Positions 31,401-40,096 of a stretch of 64,000 nt of DNA are shown here, piece by piece. The notes under the pieces are model-generated. The model was not told the origin of the DNA, did not search any database, and saw only the letters and a list, made by a program, of their open reading frames with translations. Positions within the stretch are counted from its first letter, which is position 1. Each line of letters begins with the position of its first letter. The DNA is from an uncultured delta proteobacterium (lineage in GTDB: Bacteria; Myxococcota_A; Polyangia; Polyangiales; JAFGIB01): the NCBI GenBank assembly GCA_963778655.1, contig CAVZVA010000011.1, positions 352,001 through 416,000 of the forward strand. The letters are read 5' to 3'. Both the position numbers and the translations under genes were made by a program.

Positions 31401-32174
31401 GGGCGGTACAGGATCGTCCGCCAGCTTCTGAGCGATGATCTCGCTCGCCGAACCCACGAACGGACGCGCGCCCGCGAGTGCGGCATAGAGCATGACGCCG
31501 ACGCTGTACCAGTCGCTCGCCGGGTGCGGCGCCGCCCGCAACGCTTGCTCAGGCGCCATGTACGGCGCGGTGCCCACGATCTCGCGTTCACCCGACGAAT
31601 GGCCGGGGATGGTCGAGAGCTCCGCGGCGACCCCGAAATCCAGGATCACGACGCGCCCCTCGGCAGTGACGAGCACGTTCGATGGCTTGATGTCGCGATG
31701 GAGCTTGCCGGCGGAGTGGAGTGCGAGGACGCCCTCCACGAGCTGCCGGAAGGCGTGGCGCAGGCGCACGTAGTCGACCGTCTCCTGTGCGTCCCTCACG
31801 TAGTGGAGAAAGTGCGTTCCTCGCACGAGCTCCATGGTGAAGAAGACTTCACCCGATTCACTCGCGACGAACTCGTACAGGTCGACCAGGCTCGGGTGCT
31901 GAACGTCGGCGAGCGTGCGAAATTCCTGCTTGAAGCGGTAAACCGATGCGGGATTGGCCTGCTGCAGCGTCTTCAACGCCACGGAGCGTTGCGCGTCCTG
32001 GTCGAAGACCTCGTAGACGGTTCCCATCCCGCCCTCGCCGAGCAAGCGGACGACCTGATATCGGTCCGTGCCTCGCCACTCGCGACGCGGAATGCCGACC
32101 TCCGCCGAAGACGGGTTGCCCGCCGCCCCCTTCGTCGTGTCGAGCTCACCGCTAACCGGGTCGACCAACGCCAC
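28440..32174 (-). CDS. Ser/Thr kinase + P-loop (AAA/STAND-like) ATPase + helical repeats
   Basis: GEGGMG, VALK, HRDIKPSN, DFG and APE; Walker A GLSGMGKS; Walker B LYIDD; SGGSPF. Start uncertain. Confidence 0.92.
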   Translation of the reverse strand: MALVDPVSGELDTTKGAAGNPSSAEVGIPRREWRGTDRYQVVRLLGEGGMGTVYEVFDQDAQRSVALKTLQQANPASVYRFKQEFRTLADVQHPSLVDLYEFVASESGEVFFTMELVRGTHFLHYVRDAQETVDYVRLRHAFRQLVEGVLALHSAGKLHRDIKPSNVLVTAEGRVVILDFGVAAELSTIPGHSSGEREIVGTAPYMAPEQALRAAPHPASDWYSVGVMLYAALAGARPFVGSASEIIAQKLADDPVPPSQRGCGVPADLESLCLALLSRAPERRPTGTEILRRLGGSPDGLNEVTRARMHTGPALVGRETHLQALGAALDATDADGQVAVFAAGLSGMGKSALIRQFLDEQVLRSEALVLRGRAYERESVPFKAVDAIVDALSLHLVRSAREGDPVRLPDDIGVVAKVFPVLGRVPGIPATSKEVVLEPMRVRRRAFVALRELTVSAAARRRLILYIDDAQWGDADSAALLLELLRPPLRVLLIVSYRDNEAANSDFLRAMRARMPKQVAVRELDVGPLWPDDAERLAFALLGAAERSRLVARSVARESGGSPFLIEELACSLSSATHADAPAGPVDLSSVTLEQMVSERSRQLPEDARRLLEVIAIEGRPVPVSIAASAAQVDERADELIGLLRAHRFVRGGLRDGREVVEMSHDRIRETVAAQLSAEVTREHHGRLARVLESTADANAEMIAVHLFGAGEGELGAKFAEAAAEQATAKLAFDRAAQLFRMATATVSASSEDGRRLRLRLAQVLEWAGRGTEAARVYEEVARVAPAGERTALERAAAEQLLTCGRIDEGAAVLHRVLSDVSLKAPGNAVSAVVWLLLYRLWLRVRGLGFRGRAVDELRQRDQLRLDALFTAALGFGSIDVVLSACMTSRYLVAALRAGERVAIQRAATLQMSLVSAGGGIEGNQELALEQTARQLVETTSNPEAQAFFRSNIGISHYCRGRWNAAVRELDSVLQDFPAHRAGMTSNVNVFCVCSMVYAGRIHELRSRLPRLIAEAEDRGDLFMLAHMRASHPIVAWLAADDPDDARRHAREGMARWPRLRFVIQHWQAMLAEAQIELYVGDGASAYERVARDTSPLRKSLLLQAQIIRGLTDFVRGRAAVASVDASPAHRGARLSEATRLARRLGRERMGWTTLLSEMLDASIANARGDECAAVASLRASVETAKRANMTMHGAAALRRLGALLGGEQGEALIAEADAAMAAEEIVAPARWAQMLLPGRWRRD

Positions 32175-32232
32175 TCTGGGCTCAAATATAGCAAATTTCC
32201 GCGTGTTCTGCAGTGCGCGGCCCCGGCCGAGC

Positions 32233-32398
32233 CTAGTGCACCGCCGTCGAGATGAGATCAAGGGATCGCGGGCGAGGTTGGCTTGAGCGCAAGGCGCCAC
32301 GACGCAGGAATACACCTCGTATTTCAAGGAGTGGCAACGCAGCGGGCGAGCCCGCATCGTTTGCGAGGATTGATCGCATCTCGATGGCGGTGCACCAA
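32233..32398. mobile_element. MITE-like element A (166 bp)
   Basis: Left end CTAGTGCACCGCCGTCGAGATGAGATCAA versus reverse-complemented right end TTGGTGCACCGCCATCGAGATGCGATCAA. No credible internal gene. Confidence 0.8.
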
Positions 32399-32496
32399 AT
32401 CAGAGCTCGCGATTCGGGATCGAATCACAAACTCTGATTTCTCCTTTGATTGTCAGGGAGTCGCGCCGACTCCCTGTGCGCGAGGCAAAGCCTCGC
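32399..32496. repeat. 98-bp three-hairpin dispersed repeat, copy 1
   Basis: Matches the reverse complement of 55972-56069 at 96/98 positions. Confidence 0.92.
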
Positions 32497-32542
32497 CGGG
32501 GCAGAAGGATGCCTCGACGCCGTCCGGGGAAGCTCGCAGCCC

Positions 32543-32701
32543 GTGACCTTCGGCACTTTCACGGGCGTGTGCGCGTACGCCATCACCGATTTCGCGGCGC
32601 TGGAAGCGCTCGGCATCCGGAACGCGCGCATGGACCACCCGACGGCGGCGCTCATCGAGACGGCGCGCACGCCCGACACGTTGCAGTACCGCAACGCCGC
32701 T
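32543..32701 (+). pseudogene. Probable gene remnant
   Basis: Strongly GC3-biased frame VTFGTFTGVCAYAITDFAALEALGIRNARMDHPTAALIETARTPDTLQYRN. It has no stop before running into the convergent gene. Confidence 0.45.
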
Positions 32702-32718
32702 GGCCACGGCGCGGCGGC

Positions 32719-33132
32719 TCAGTCTTCGCGGCGCTCGAATTGCAGCGGCGGGCGGCCCGCGCGGCGCCGGATCGCGGCGACCAGACCGTGCACGCCGGGC
32801 AGCCGCAGCAAGCGGCTCTCGAGCCTGCGCTTGCCGGGAAAGCTGAGCAGCGACAGCCCCGCGAGGATGGTCAGGATGCCCTGGCCCGGTAGCACCAGCA
32901 TGGCCAGCCCCGCGAGCAGCAGCAGCGCGCCTAGCGCGTTGCGCGCCAGACGCAGCAGCATCCGCAGCGGCGCGGACCTCGGCGCACCGTGGTGGGCCGC
33001 TTTGGGCTCGCGCACCAGGTAATCCGCCGGCATGCGCGCGACCGCCCACGGCACCAGCACGACCCCCAAGACCAGCACGCCGAGTGAAAAGCCCAGCGTG
33101 AGGCCCGCAAGCGTGGGGTGCAACCGATCCAT
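32719..33132 (-). CDS. PGPGW-family membrane protein
   Basis: ARMPADY and LAGLAMLVLPGQGILTILAGLSLL. Confidence 0.8.
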   Translation of the reverse strand: MDRLHPTLAGLTLGFSLGVLVLGVVLVPWAVARMPADYLVREPKAAHHGAPRSAPLRMLLRLARNALGALLLLAGLAMLVLPGQGILTILAGLSLLSFPGKRRLESRLLRLPGVHGLVAAIRRRAGRPPLQFERRED

Positions 33133-33170
33133 CGGGATTGAGCCGCCCCGTGTGGGCTCTCGACGTCCTG

Positions 33171-33458
33171 TTAGGACTTGGCCGCGTCTTTGATCTCGGT
33201 CTTGACCCGTTCGTAGCCGCGCTTCAGCTCGTCGAGCAAGCTGCGCGCCGCGTCACCGATGTCCTTGGCCGGTTCCTTGGCTTGCGCCCCGACACGCTTG
33301 AGCTCGCCCTGGACCCGCTCCCAGGTCGACTCCAAACGTTTCCATTCCTCGCGTGCCTCGGCCTTGGCCAGGTGCACCTGCAGCCGCAGCTCGTCGCGCG
33401 CCTGGCTCAGCAGCTCGAGCTCGCGCTCCATCGATGCCTTCAGTTCCTTGTCAGCCAT
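33171..33458 (-). CDS. Small coiled-coil conserved hypothetical protein
   Basis: RDELRLQVHLAKAEAREEW...LKRGYERVK, with a GGAGG SD. Confidence 0.8.
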   Translation of the reverse strand: MADKELKASMERELELLSQARDELRLQVHLAKAEAREEWKRLESTWERVQGELKRVGAQAKEPAKDIGDAARSLLDELKRGYERVKTEIKDAAKS

Positions 33459-33540
33459 GGCTTCCCTCCGCACAGGTATGCCGGGTACGTAGGCACGGCG
33501 CCGCCCGCAGCAAGGCCTCTGCGCAGCGCGGCGCCGCGGC

Positions 33541-35256
33541 TCAGGGCTGTACCACTTCGCGCTGGAAGAGCAGCGGAAAGTGCAGGTCGCTCGGTAGGTT
33601 ACTTGCGGGAAAGCGCCAGGCGCGGATGGCGGCGCGCGCGCAGCGTTGCAGCTGCTCGGGCGCGGCGCCTTGCAGCGCCACCCGTTCCACCGCGCCGGCC
33701 GGCGTCACCGCCACCGCGGCATCGATGCGCACGCTGGCCAGGCTCGCGGCCTCCGCGCTCGCGGGCTCGTCGAGGCTCGCGACCACGGCCTCCTGATAGC
33801 AGCGCTGCAGCTCGTCTTGGTGCGCGCGCAGCACCTCCGAGACCGCGGCCAGCCCCAGCGGCTGGGCCTGGGGTTGCGCCGGCGGCGCTGCGGCTGCGGG
33901 CTGCGCGTTCGGCGCCGCGGGCACGGGAAGCACGCCGGCCGCGCGCGGCGCGCCCGCCACGCCTGCTGCGGGCACTCCTGCTGCGCGGGTGGCCCCCGCG
34001 CTCGCCGCCGGCGCGGGCGCGGCTGCTGCAGGCGCCGGGGACGCCGCCGCCGGTGCCGGCCGCGGCGATGCAGCTTCGGCCTCGGCCGCGATCGGGGCCA
34101 GCGGCGCCAGCCGAGCGCGCGCAGGATCACGCGCGCGGCCGATCGCGATCCACGCCACGACCGCGCCGAGCGCGAGCGCGAGCGCGCCCAGACCAACCGC
34201 GCCGCGCGCGCCCCACGAACGCGCGCCGGCCGGCGCCGGCGCCGCTGCAGCACTGGCGGCGAGCGCCGCGGGAGGCGGCGCGATCGGCCCCGCGCCCGTC
34301 TGCTGCGCGCGGCGCGCGTGATCGAGCGCGTGTTGCAGCGCCTCGGCCATCTCCGCGGCCGATTGCCAGCGCTGTGCCGGGTCCTTGTGCAGCGCGCGCT
34401 CCACCACCGCCACCAGGCGCACCGGAAGCGCGGGTTTGCACGCGCCCAGCGGCAGGTGCTCCTGGGTGGAGATCGACACGATCAACGCCTGCATGCTCTC
34501 GCCGCGAAAGGGCGGGTGCCCGGCCAGCGCCTGGTACATCACCGCGCCGACCGACCACAGGTCGGAACGCGCATCGACCGCGTGGCCCAGCGCCTGTTCC
34601 GGGCTCATGTACAAGGGCGTGCCGAGCACCGAGCCGGCCACGGTGAGGCCAGGCTTGCCGGGCTCGCTGAGCGAGGCGACGCCGAAGTCGAGCAGCTTGA
34701 CCTGGGGCTGCTCACTGCCCGCGGGCGTGAGGAACACGTTCTCGGGCTTGATGTCGCGGTGCACCAGGCCTGCGTCGTGCGCGGCACCGAGCGCATCGAG
34801 CAGCTCGAGCACGATCGCGCCCAGGCGCGGCTCCGACATCGCACCGCTCTCCAGCGCTTCGGACAGCGTCTCGCCCTCGAGCAGCTCGAGCACCAGGTAC
34901 AGCGAGCCATCGTCGTCACGGCCGCCGTCCAGCACCTCCACGATGCCGGGGTGGCCGACCGAGCCGGGCGCGCGGGCCTCGCGCAGGAAGCGCTCGGCGG
35001 CCAGCTTGGAGCGCGCGAAGGTCGGGTGCATCAGCTTGACCGCGACCCTGCGTTGGGTGAACTGGTGCACCGCCTCGTAGACCGAGCCCATGCCGCCGCT
35101 GCCGAGCAGGCGCTCGATGCGATACTTGCCCGCGATCTCGCCGCCCACCCGCTCGGCGGCCAGGGTCGCATCACCGGAAGCCACCGCGGCCCGGCGGACG
35201 GCGGGCTTGGCCCGCGGGCGTCCCGAACGCGTGCCTATCGGATCCGAAGAAGCCAT
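33541..35256 (-). CDS. Membrane Ser/Thr kinase with C-terminal AgmX/PglI (TonB-C)-like domain
   Basis: GSGGMG, VAVK, HRDIKPEN, DFG and SPE; one TM; Pro/Ala linker; C-terminal LQRCYQEA...CARAAIRAWRFP...LHFPL. Confidence 0.92.
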   Translation of the reverse strand: MASSDPIGTRSGRPRAKPAVRRAAVASGDATLAAERVGGEIAGKYRIERLLGSGGMGSVYEAVHQFTQRRVAVKLMHPTFARSKLAAERFLREARAPGSVGHPGIVEVLDGGRDDDGSLYLVLELLEGETLSEALESGAMSEPRLGAIVLELLDALGAAHDAGLVHRDIKPENVFLTPAGSEQPQVKLLDFGVASLSEPGKPGLTVAGSVLGTPLYMSPEQALGHAVDARSDLWSVGAVMYQALAGHPPFRGESMQALIVSISTQEHLPLGACKPALPVRLVAVVERALHKDPAQRWQSAAEMAEALQHALDHARRAQQTGAGPIAPPPAALAASAAAAPAPAGARSWGARGAVGLGALALALGAVVAWIAIGRARDPARARLAPLAPIAAEAEAASPRPAPAAASPAPAAAAPAPAASAGATRAAGVPAAGVAGAPRAAGVLPVPAAPNAQPAAAAPPAQPQAQPLGLAAVSEVLRAHQDELQRCYQEAVVASLDEPASAEAASLASVRIDAAVAVTPAGAVERVALQGAAPEQLQRCARAAIRAWRFPASNLPSDLHFPLLFQREVVQP

Positions 35257-35544
35257 GCGGCGGCAGCCCGTCCCGCCGGCCAGCGGCGGGTCCGGAACGC
35301 GCTTCGATAGTAACCCGGCAGCCGGGCGTGCCGCGCGCTGCGCGCGTGCAGACCCACAATTGGTGGTTGCGGCAGCCACATGGCCGCAGAGCGCCCGCAC
35401 AGGGCGCGCAGCCTCGCGCGGCGGAACCGCGGTCCGGATGGCAAGCGGTCGAGCCCCGTGATACGGAGTCGAGTTTCGCGGCCCCGTGCCACGAATGCTT
35501 AGCGACGTTTCGGGCCCGGCAGCGTAGCGTAATAGGAGCTTGAT

Positions 35545-38500
35545 ATGACCTTCATCCCCACCCGGGAGCGCCGCAGCCGCTGGCTGGCGGCGGTCGTGGC
35601 GTGCCTGGCGGCAAGCCCGCTCGCCTGCAAGGGCGGCGCGGCCGGCAGCGGCGCCGCCGACGCGGGTGGTGCCGACGCGGGAAGCGTGGCCGGTCCCGAC
35701 GCGGCGACGGCGATGGCGAGCATGCTGCTGCAAGCGCCCGAGGCGCGGCAGATCGGCACCCTCGCGCTCGACGAGCCGCTCGCGGACGTGGTCGAGCTCG
35801 CCGGCCTCGCGCTCGGCCTGCACGCGACGCACGGCGTGTCGCTGCTCGACCTGAGCGACCCGACCGCGCCCGGCGTGAGCTCCAGGCTCGACACGACCGG
35901 CCCCGCGGTCGGCGTGGCGTACGACGCCGAGCAGCGTGTGCTGTTCGTGATCACGACCAGCGGCGACCTGCGCGCCTACCGCGTGGCCGACCCCACCGCG
36001 CCGGTGCAGGCCGCGCAGACCACGATCGCGGAGCCCGGCGAAAGCGGCGACACGATCGCGGGCCTGGCGCGCGTCGGCAGCCGGCTGTTCGCGCTGGGCC
36101 AGGCCAACCTGCTGCCGATCAGCATCGAGCACGGTGCCGACGGCAGCCTGGACTTTCGCGCGCAGGACGCGGTGCCGCTCGACGCCCGCCCGCAGTGGCT
36201 GGCCGCGGGCGGCGACGCGCTCTACGTCGCGTTCAAGGACGGCAAGGTGCAGGTTTTCAGCAGCGGCGACGCGCCCTCGATGCGCGACCAGACCAATCTC
36301 GGCGCGGACGTGGCCGGCTGGGTCGTGCGCGGCAACCGCCTGCTGGTGGCGCTCAAGGGCCTGGGGCTGCGCGTGGTCGACATGACCGTGGTGGGCCAGG
36401 CCAAGGTCGTATTCGACGCACCGGGTTTCGACGACCCCACGGCGCTCAAGCGCTTCGGCACCCTGGCGCTGGTCTCGCTGTCGCGGGGCCTGCTGGTCGC
36501 GCTCGATCTCAGCTCGCTGCAAGCGCCACGGCCGCTGGTGACGCGCAGCGGTGCCGTCCCGGACTGGATCGCGCCGCTCGGTGGCAACCTGCTGCTCGGC
36601 TCGGGCAAGCAGCTCGACGTCCTCGGCGTCCCGCCGTTCGTGAGCGCGACGCTGCCGAAGCTGTCGCGCGACGCGCTGCCGCGCTACGCACGCATCCCGC
36701 TGCAGCTCAGCAAGCCGGTCGATCCGGCAAGCGTAAGCGTCGACCACGTCAAGCTGAGCTGCGGCGGCAGCGCGGTGGAAGGCACGGTCTCGGTCGGCCT
36801 GGACGGCATGCGCATCACCTTCCTGCCCAAGGCCGATCTTCCGGCCGGCGTCGGCTGCTCGCTCGCGCTCAGCGGGATCAAGGACGTGCTCGGGCTCGAC
36901 CTCAGCGTGCCGCAAGCAGCGCCCGCGCTCGCTTTCAGCACGATGACGCAGGCGCCGGCCGCGATCGACAACCCGAAGAGCGGCTATGCGCACACCGCCG
37001 ACGGACAGTTCACCGACTGGCAGAAGGGCAAGAGCCAGGACTTCGAATACTTCGACGTGAAGCCCGCGCGCGGCATGTACAGCTACTTTTACGCCGATCA
37101 CGACGGCACGCGGCTGTGGCTGCTCAACGACTGGTTCTACGACGGTGATGGCATCGCGCCCGAGTGCTACAACCAGTTCGGGGTGTGGACGGGCGGCGGC
37201 AGCCAGCGCTGGGACATCCGCGCCTACGGCGACCAGCACGTCGAGGTGCGGCTGAACGGCGCGCTGCTGCCGGCCGACGACAAGCGCGTCCACGGGGGCT
37301 ACGGCCGCGGGCCATCGCCCAACCTGGACGAGCCGCACACCATCTACGAGATCGCGATTCAAACCGCGCCCGGCACCTGGGGCGTGCAGCTGCACGATCC
37401 GGGGCCGACGTTCGGTTGCGAGCAGCTCGAGACCGATCCGATCACCTACGAGGCGATGAGCACGAGCAGCGGCAGCAGCATCGATCCGACCTCACCGCCG
37501 GCGGCCCCGGCCAAACCGCAGCAGTCCGCGCTGCAAGGCGTGGTGGGTGCGACCCCGACGCTGGCCTGGACGACCACGGACGCGCCCGGCAACTTCACCG
37601 TGTACCTGGTCGAGATCAGCAGCGGCAGCGACCTGGGCCAGATCATCTACCGCGTCTGGGCTTACGGCCCGGCCTTCACCCTGCCGCTGGGACTGCTGCA
37701 GTCGGGCACGACCTACACCTGGCGCGTCACCGCCTACAACCTCGCGGGCTCGGCGCAGGGCGATCCGGCCACGTTCACCGTCGGTCAGCCGGCGATTCAG
37801 AGCGCGGGTGCGCCCAAGCTCGACTCGGTCACGCCGAGCAGCGTGACGCAGAGCACGACCCAGGGCCTGACCATCAGCGGCAGCGGCTTCGTGCAGGGCG
37901 CCACGGCTTACTTCGCGGGCACCGCCCTCAATACCACGTTCGTCAGCTCGACCGAGCTCATGGCGATGCTCGACCCTGCCAACGACGGCAGCACCGGCAC
38001 GTTCGCGCTCACCGTACGCAACCTCCCGAGCGACCCCGCGACCGAGAGCAACGCGCTGCAGGTCACCGTGCAGGCGACGCCCTCGACCTGCAGCCACCCC
38101 GAATGCATCCCGGGCGGCGCCCTGGCCGGCGACTGCTCGGCCTGCGCGACCGAGGTGTGCGGCGGACACGCGAACTGCTGCAGCGCCGGCTGGGATCCGG
38201 GTTGCGTGAACGCGGCCGCGGGCTCGCAGACCTGCGGCTGCAGCCCGCCGTCGCTCTCCGAGGTGGCGCCGACCACCCTCGCCGCCAGCACCGCCACCAC
38301 GCTGACGGCGACGCTGGCGAATGCGCCGGCCGGCCAGGCCTACACGCTGGTGCTCACCGGAGGCGGAGGGAGCGGTGATGGGGGGCCGACCACGGGCTCC
38401 TTTCCCTGCACCGCCACCACCGCCGACAGCTGCAGCGCGAGCGTGAGCCTGCCCGCGGGTACCTACGACGTGAAGATCGTGGTCGGCACCACTCCCACGC

Positions 38501-39468
38501 TGGACACCAATACCCTCAGCAGCGCGCTCACGATCAGCCCCGCGACGGCCTGCGTGCACGCCGAGTGCGGCGCGGGCGCGGCCCTGCAGGCGGGTTGCTC
38601 GAGCTGCGTCACCGGCGTCTGCACCAGCACGCCGGCGTGCTGCTCGAGCAACTGGGGCCTCGACTGCGTCCTGGTCGCGTACGGCTTGCAGGCCTGCAGC
38701 TGCACGCAGCCGTCGCTGACGAGCGGCGCGCTCAGCGTGACCAGCCAGAACGCGGGCGACAGCACCCCGCTCAGCGTGGCCATTTCCGATGCGCTGATCG
38801 GGGCGAGCTACGAGCTGTGGCTCAGCCCCAATGGCGACGGCGGCACCGGCGGCTCGTTCCCGTGCACGCTCAACGGCGGCGGCACGGCCTGCGACGCCAC
38901 CGTCTCGGGCCTGACGGGCGCAGGCAGCTACGATGCGCGCCTGCACATCACCAGCGGCGCCGAGGGCTACGACAGCAACGTGCTGGCGAACGCGTTTACG
39001 GTCAACGCCGCGGCCGGCTGCGCGCACAGCGAATGCCTGCCCGGCGCAGCCCTAGCCACGGGCTGCAGCGCGTGCGTGACGACCATCTGCAACAACACCG
39101 CCTCCTGCTGCAGCGGCTCGTGGGACGCCACCTGCGTGGGCCTGGCGCCGACCCTGGGCATGTGCGGCTGCAGCACGCCCGCGCTCACCAGCCTCGGCCC
39201 GTCGGGCCAGAACGCCGCCGACAGCACCGCGGTGACCGCGACCATGAGCAATGCCCCGTCGGGCGCGACCTACCAGCTGGTGCTGACCCCGGTGGGCGGC
39301 GGCAACGAGTCGCTGTTCGACTGCGTGTACAACCCGCAACCCGGCAACACCTGCACCGCGACCGTCTCGGGCCTGGCCGCGTCCACGGCCTACAACGCCG
39401 CGATCCGGGTCGGCACAACCCCCAGCTACGACACCAACACGCTCGACAGCGGCTTCATGGTCAACTGA
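35545..39468 (+). CDS. Giant multidomain lipoprotein (LVIVD-like propeller, Ig-like, DOMON/CBM9-like, FN3, IPT/TIG, 3 Cys-rich modules)
   Basis: AGGAG SD and lipobox PLAC. LSKPVDPASV...ITFLPKADL (Big_5-like); TTYTWRVTAYN (FN3); LTISGSGF (IPT); three CxHxEC...CSxC...C...CC...WxxxCV modules. Confidence 0.85.
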   Translation: MTFIPTRERRSRWLAAVVACLAASPLACKGGAAGSGAADAGGADAGSVAGPDAATAMASMLLQAPEARQIGTLALDEPLADVVELAGLALGLHATHGVSLLDLSDPTAPGVSSRLDTTGPAVGVAYDAEQRVLFVITTSGDLRAYRVADPTAPVQAAQTTIAEPGESGDTIAGLARVGSRLFALGQANLLPISIEHGADGSLDFRAQDAVPLDARPQWLAAGGDALYVAFKDGKVQVFSSGDAPSMRDQTNLGADVAGWVVRGNRLLVALKGLGLRVVDMTVVGQAKVVFDAPGFDDPTALKRFGTLALVSLSRGLLVALDLSSLQAPRPLVTRSGAVPDWIAPLGGNLLLGSGKQLDVLGVPPFVSATLPKLSRDALPRYARIPLQLSKPVDPASVSVDHVKLSCGGSAVEGTVSVGLDGMRITFLPKADLPAGVGCSLALSGIKDVLGLDLSVPQAAPALAFSTMTQAPAAIDNPKSGYAHTADGQFTDWQKGKSQDFEYFDVKPARGMYSYFYADHDGTRLWLLNDWFYDGDGIAPECYNQFGVWTGGGSQRWDIRAYGDQHVEVRLNGALLPADDKRVHGGYGRGPSPNLDEPHTIYEIAIQTAPGTWGVQLHDPGPTFGCEQLETDPITYEAMSTSSGSSIDPTSPPAAPAKPQQSALQGVVGATPTLAWTTTDAPGNFTVYLVEISSGSDLGQIIYRVWAYGPAFTLPLGLLQSGTTYTWRVTAYNLAGSAQGDPATFTVGQPAIQSAGAPKLDSVTPSSVTQSTTQGLTISGSGFVQGATAYFAGTALNTTFVSSTELMAMLDPANDGSTGTFALTVRNLPSDPATESNALQVTVQATPSTCSHPECIPGGALAGDCSACATEVCGGHANCCSAGWDPGCVNAAAGSQTCGCSPPSLSEVAPTTLAASTATTLTATLANAPAGQAYTLVLTGGGGSGDGGPTTGSFPCTATTADSCSASVSLPAGTYDVKIVVGTTPTLDTNTLSSALTISPATACVHAECGAGAALQAGCSSCVTGVCTSTPACCSSNWGLDCVLVAYGLQACSCTQPSLTSGALSVTSQNAGDSTPLSVAISDALIGASYELWLSPNGDGGTGGSFPCTLNGGGTACDATVSGLTGAGSYDARLHITSGAEGYDSNVLANAFTVNAAAGCAHSECLPGAALATGCSACVTTICNNTASCCSGSWDATCVGLAPTLGMCGCSTPALTSLGPSGQNAADSTAVTATMSNAPSGATYQLVLTPVGGGNESLFDCVYNPQPGNTCTATVSGLAASTAYNAAIRVGTTPSYDTNTLDSGFMVN

Positions 39469-39550
39469 CCGGGCCGGTGCTACTAAAGCGGCTCGGACAT
39501 CCGTTCCGGTTTCCGACCGAAGCCAACTGGCGCCCAGCGGGGGTGACACG

Positions 39551-40057
39551 ATGCCGGCTCCTGATGCATCCACCGAACAGCAGAGCGCCACCGCACGGCC
39601 AAAGGGCCCGGCGCCGGCCAAGCCGCGTGCGCGGAGCCAGCTCGCCTCGACGCCGCTGGGCTCGTTCGTGGCGCGCGTGCTGCTGGGAGCCGCCGGGCTG
39701 GGGCTCGTGCTCGGTTTCTTCCTGCCCTGGGTGTCGATCGGAGGCGCGGCCGCGATCAGCGGGCTCGGCCTGCTGGTGACACAGGGCGAGCTGGTGGATC
39801 TGATCACCGGGCCCTACCGCATACTGCTGTTCGCGGTGCCGCTGTTGGGCTCGGGCTTGCTGGTCGGCGCGCTGAGCGGGCACCGCATCACCGTCTGGCT
39901 CGCGCTCGCCGCGGGTATCGCCGTGCTCAGCGGCGGGCTGTACACCGTGATCCGCCTGTTCCTGAGCTCGACCGGGCTCGGCATGTGGGTGGTGGTCGCG
40001 AGCGCGCTGATCTCGCTCGCGGTGGGTCTGCTCACCATGGGTCGTCGCAGCAGCTGA
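39551..40057 (+). CDS. Four-TM membrane protein of unknown function
   Basis: GFFLPWV motif and four hydrophobic segments. Confidence 0.75.
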   Translation: MPAPDASTEQQSATARPKGPAPAKPRARSQLASTPLGSFVARVLLGAAGLGLVLGFFLPWVSIGGAAAISGLGLLVTQGELVDLITGPYRILLFAVPLLGSGLLVGALSGHRITVWLALAAGIAVLSGGLYTVIRLFLSSTGLGMWVVVASALISLAVGLLTMGRRSS

Positions 40058-40096
40058 GACTCGGCGCCGCGCTGGCGTTGTGGGCTCCCGCGCTTT

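Noticed and set aside
32233..32496. CRISPR array or attC cassette array
   Set aside because: The repeats are dispersed rather than regularly spaced, and there is no cas gene or integrase.
35477..35492. Sigma54 promoter for the 33541-35256 kinase (TGGCACGGGGCCGC, minus strand)
   Set aside because: GG-to-GC spacing is 9 nt rather than the required 10.
33541..37395. 1284-aa minus-strand ORF as one fused gene
   Set aside because: Only 33541-35256 carries kinase motifs. The extension is the antisense shadow of the 35545-39468 gene.
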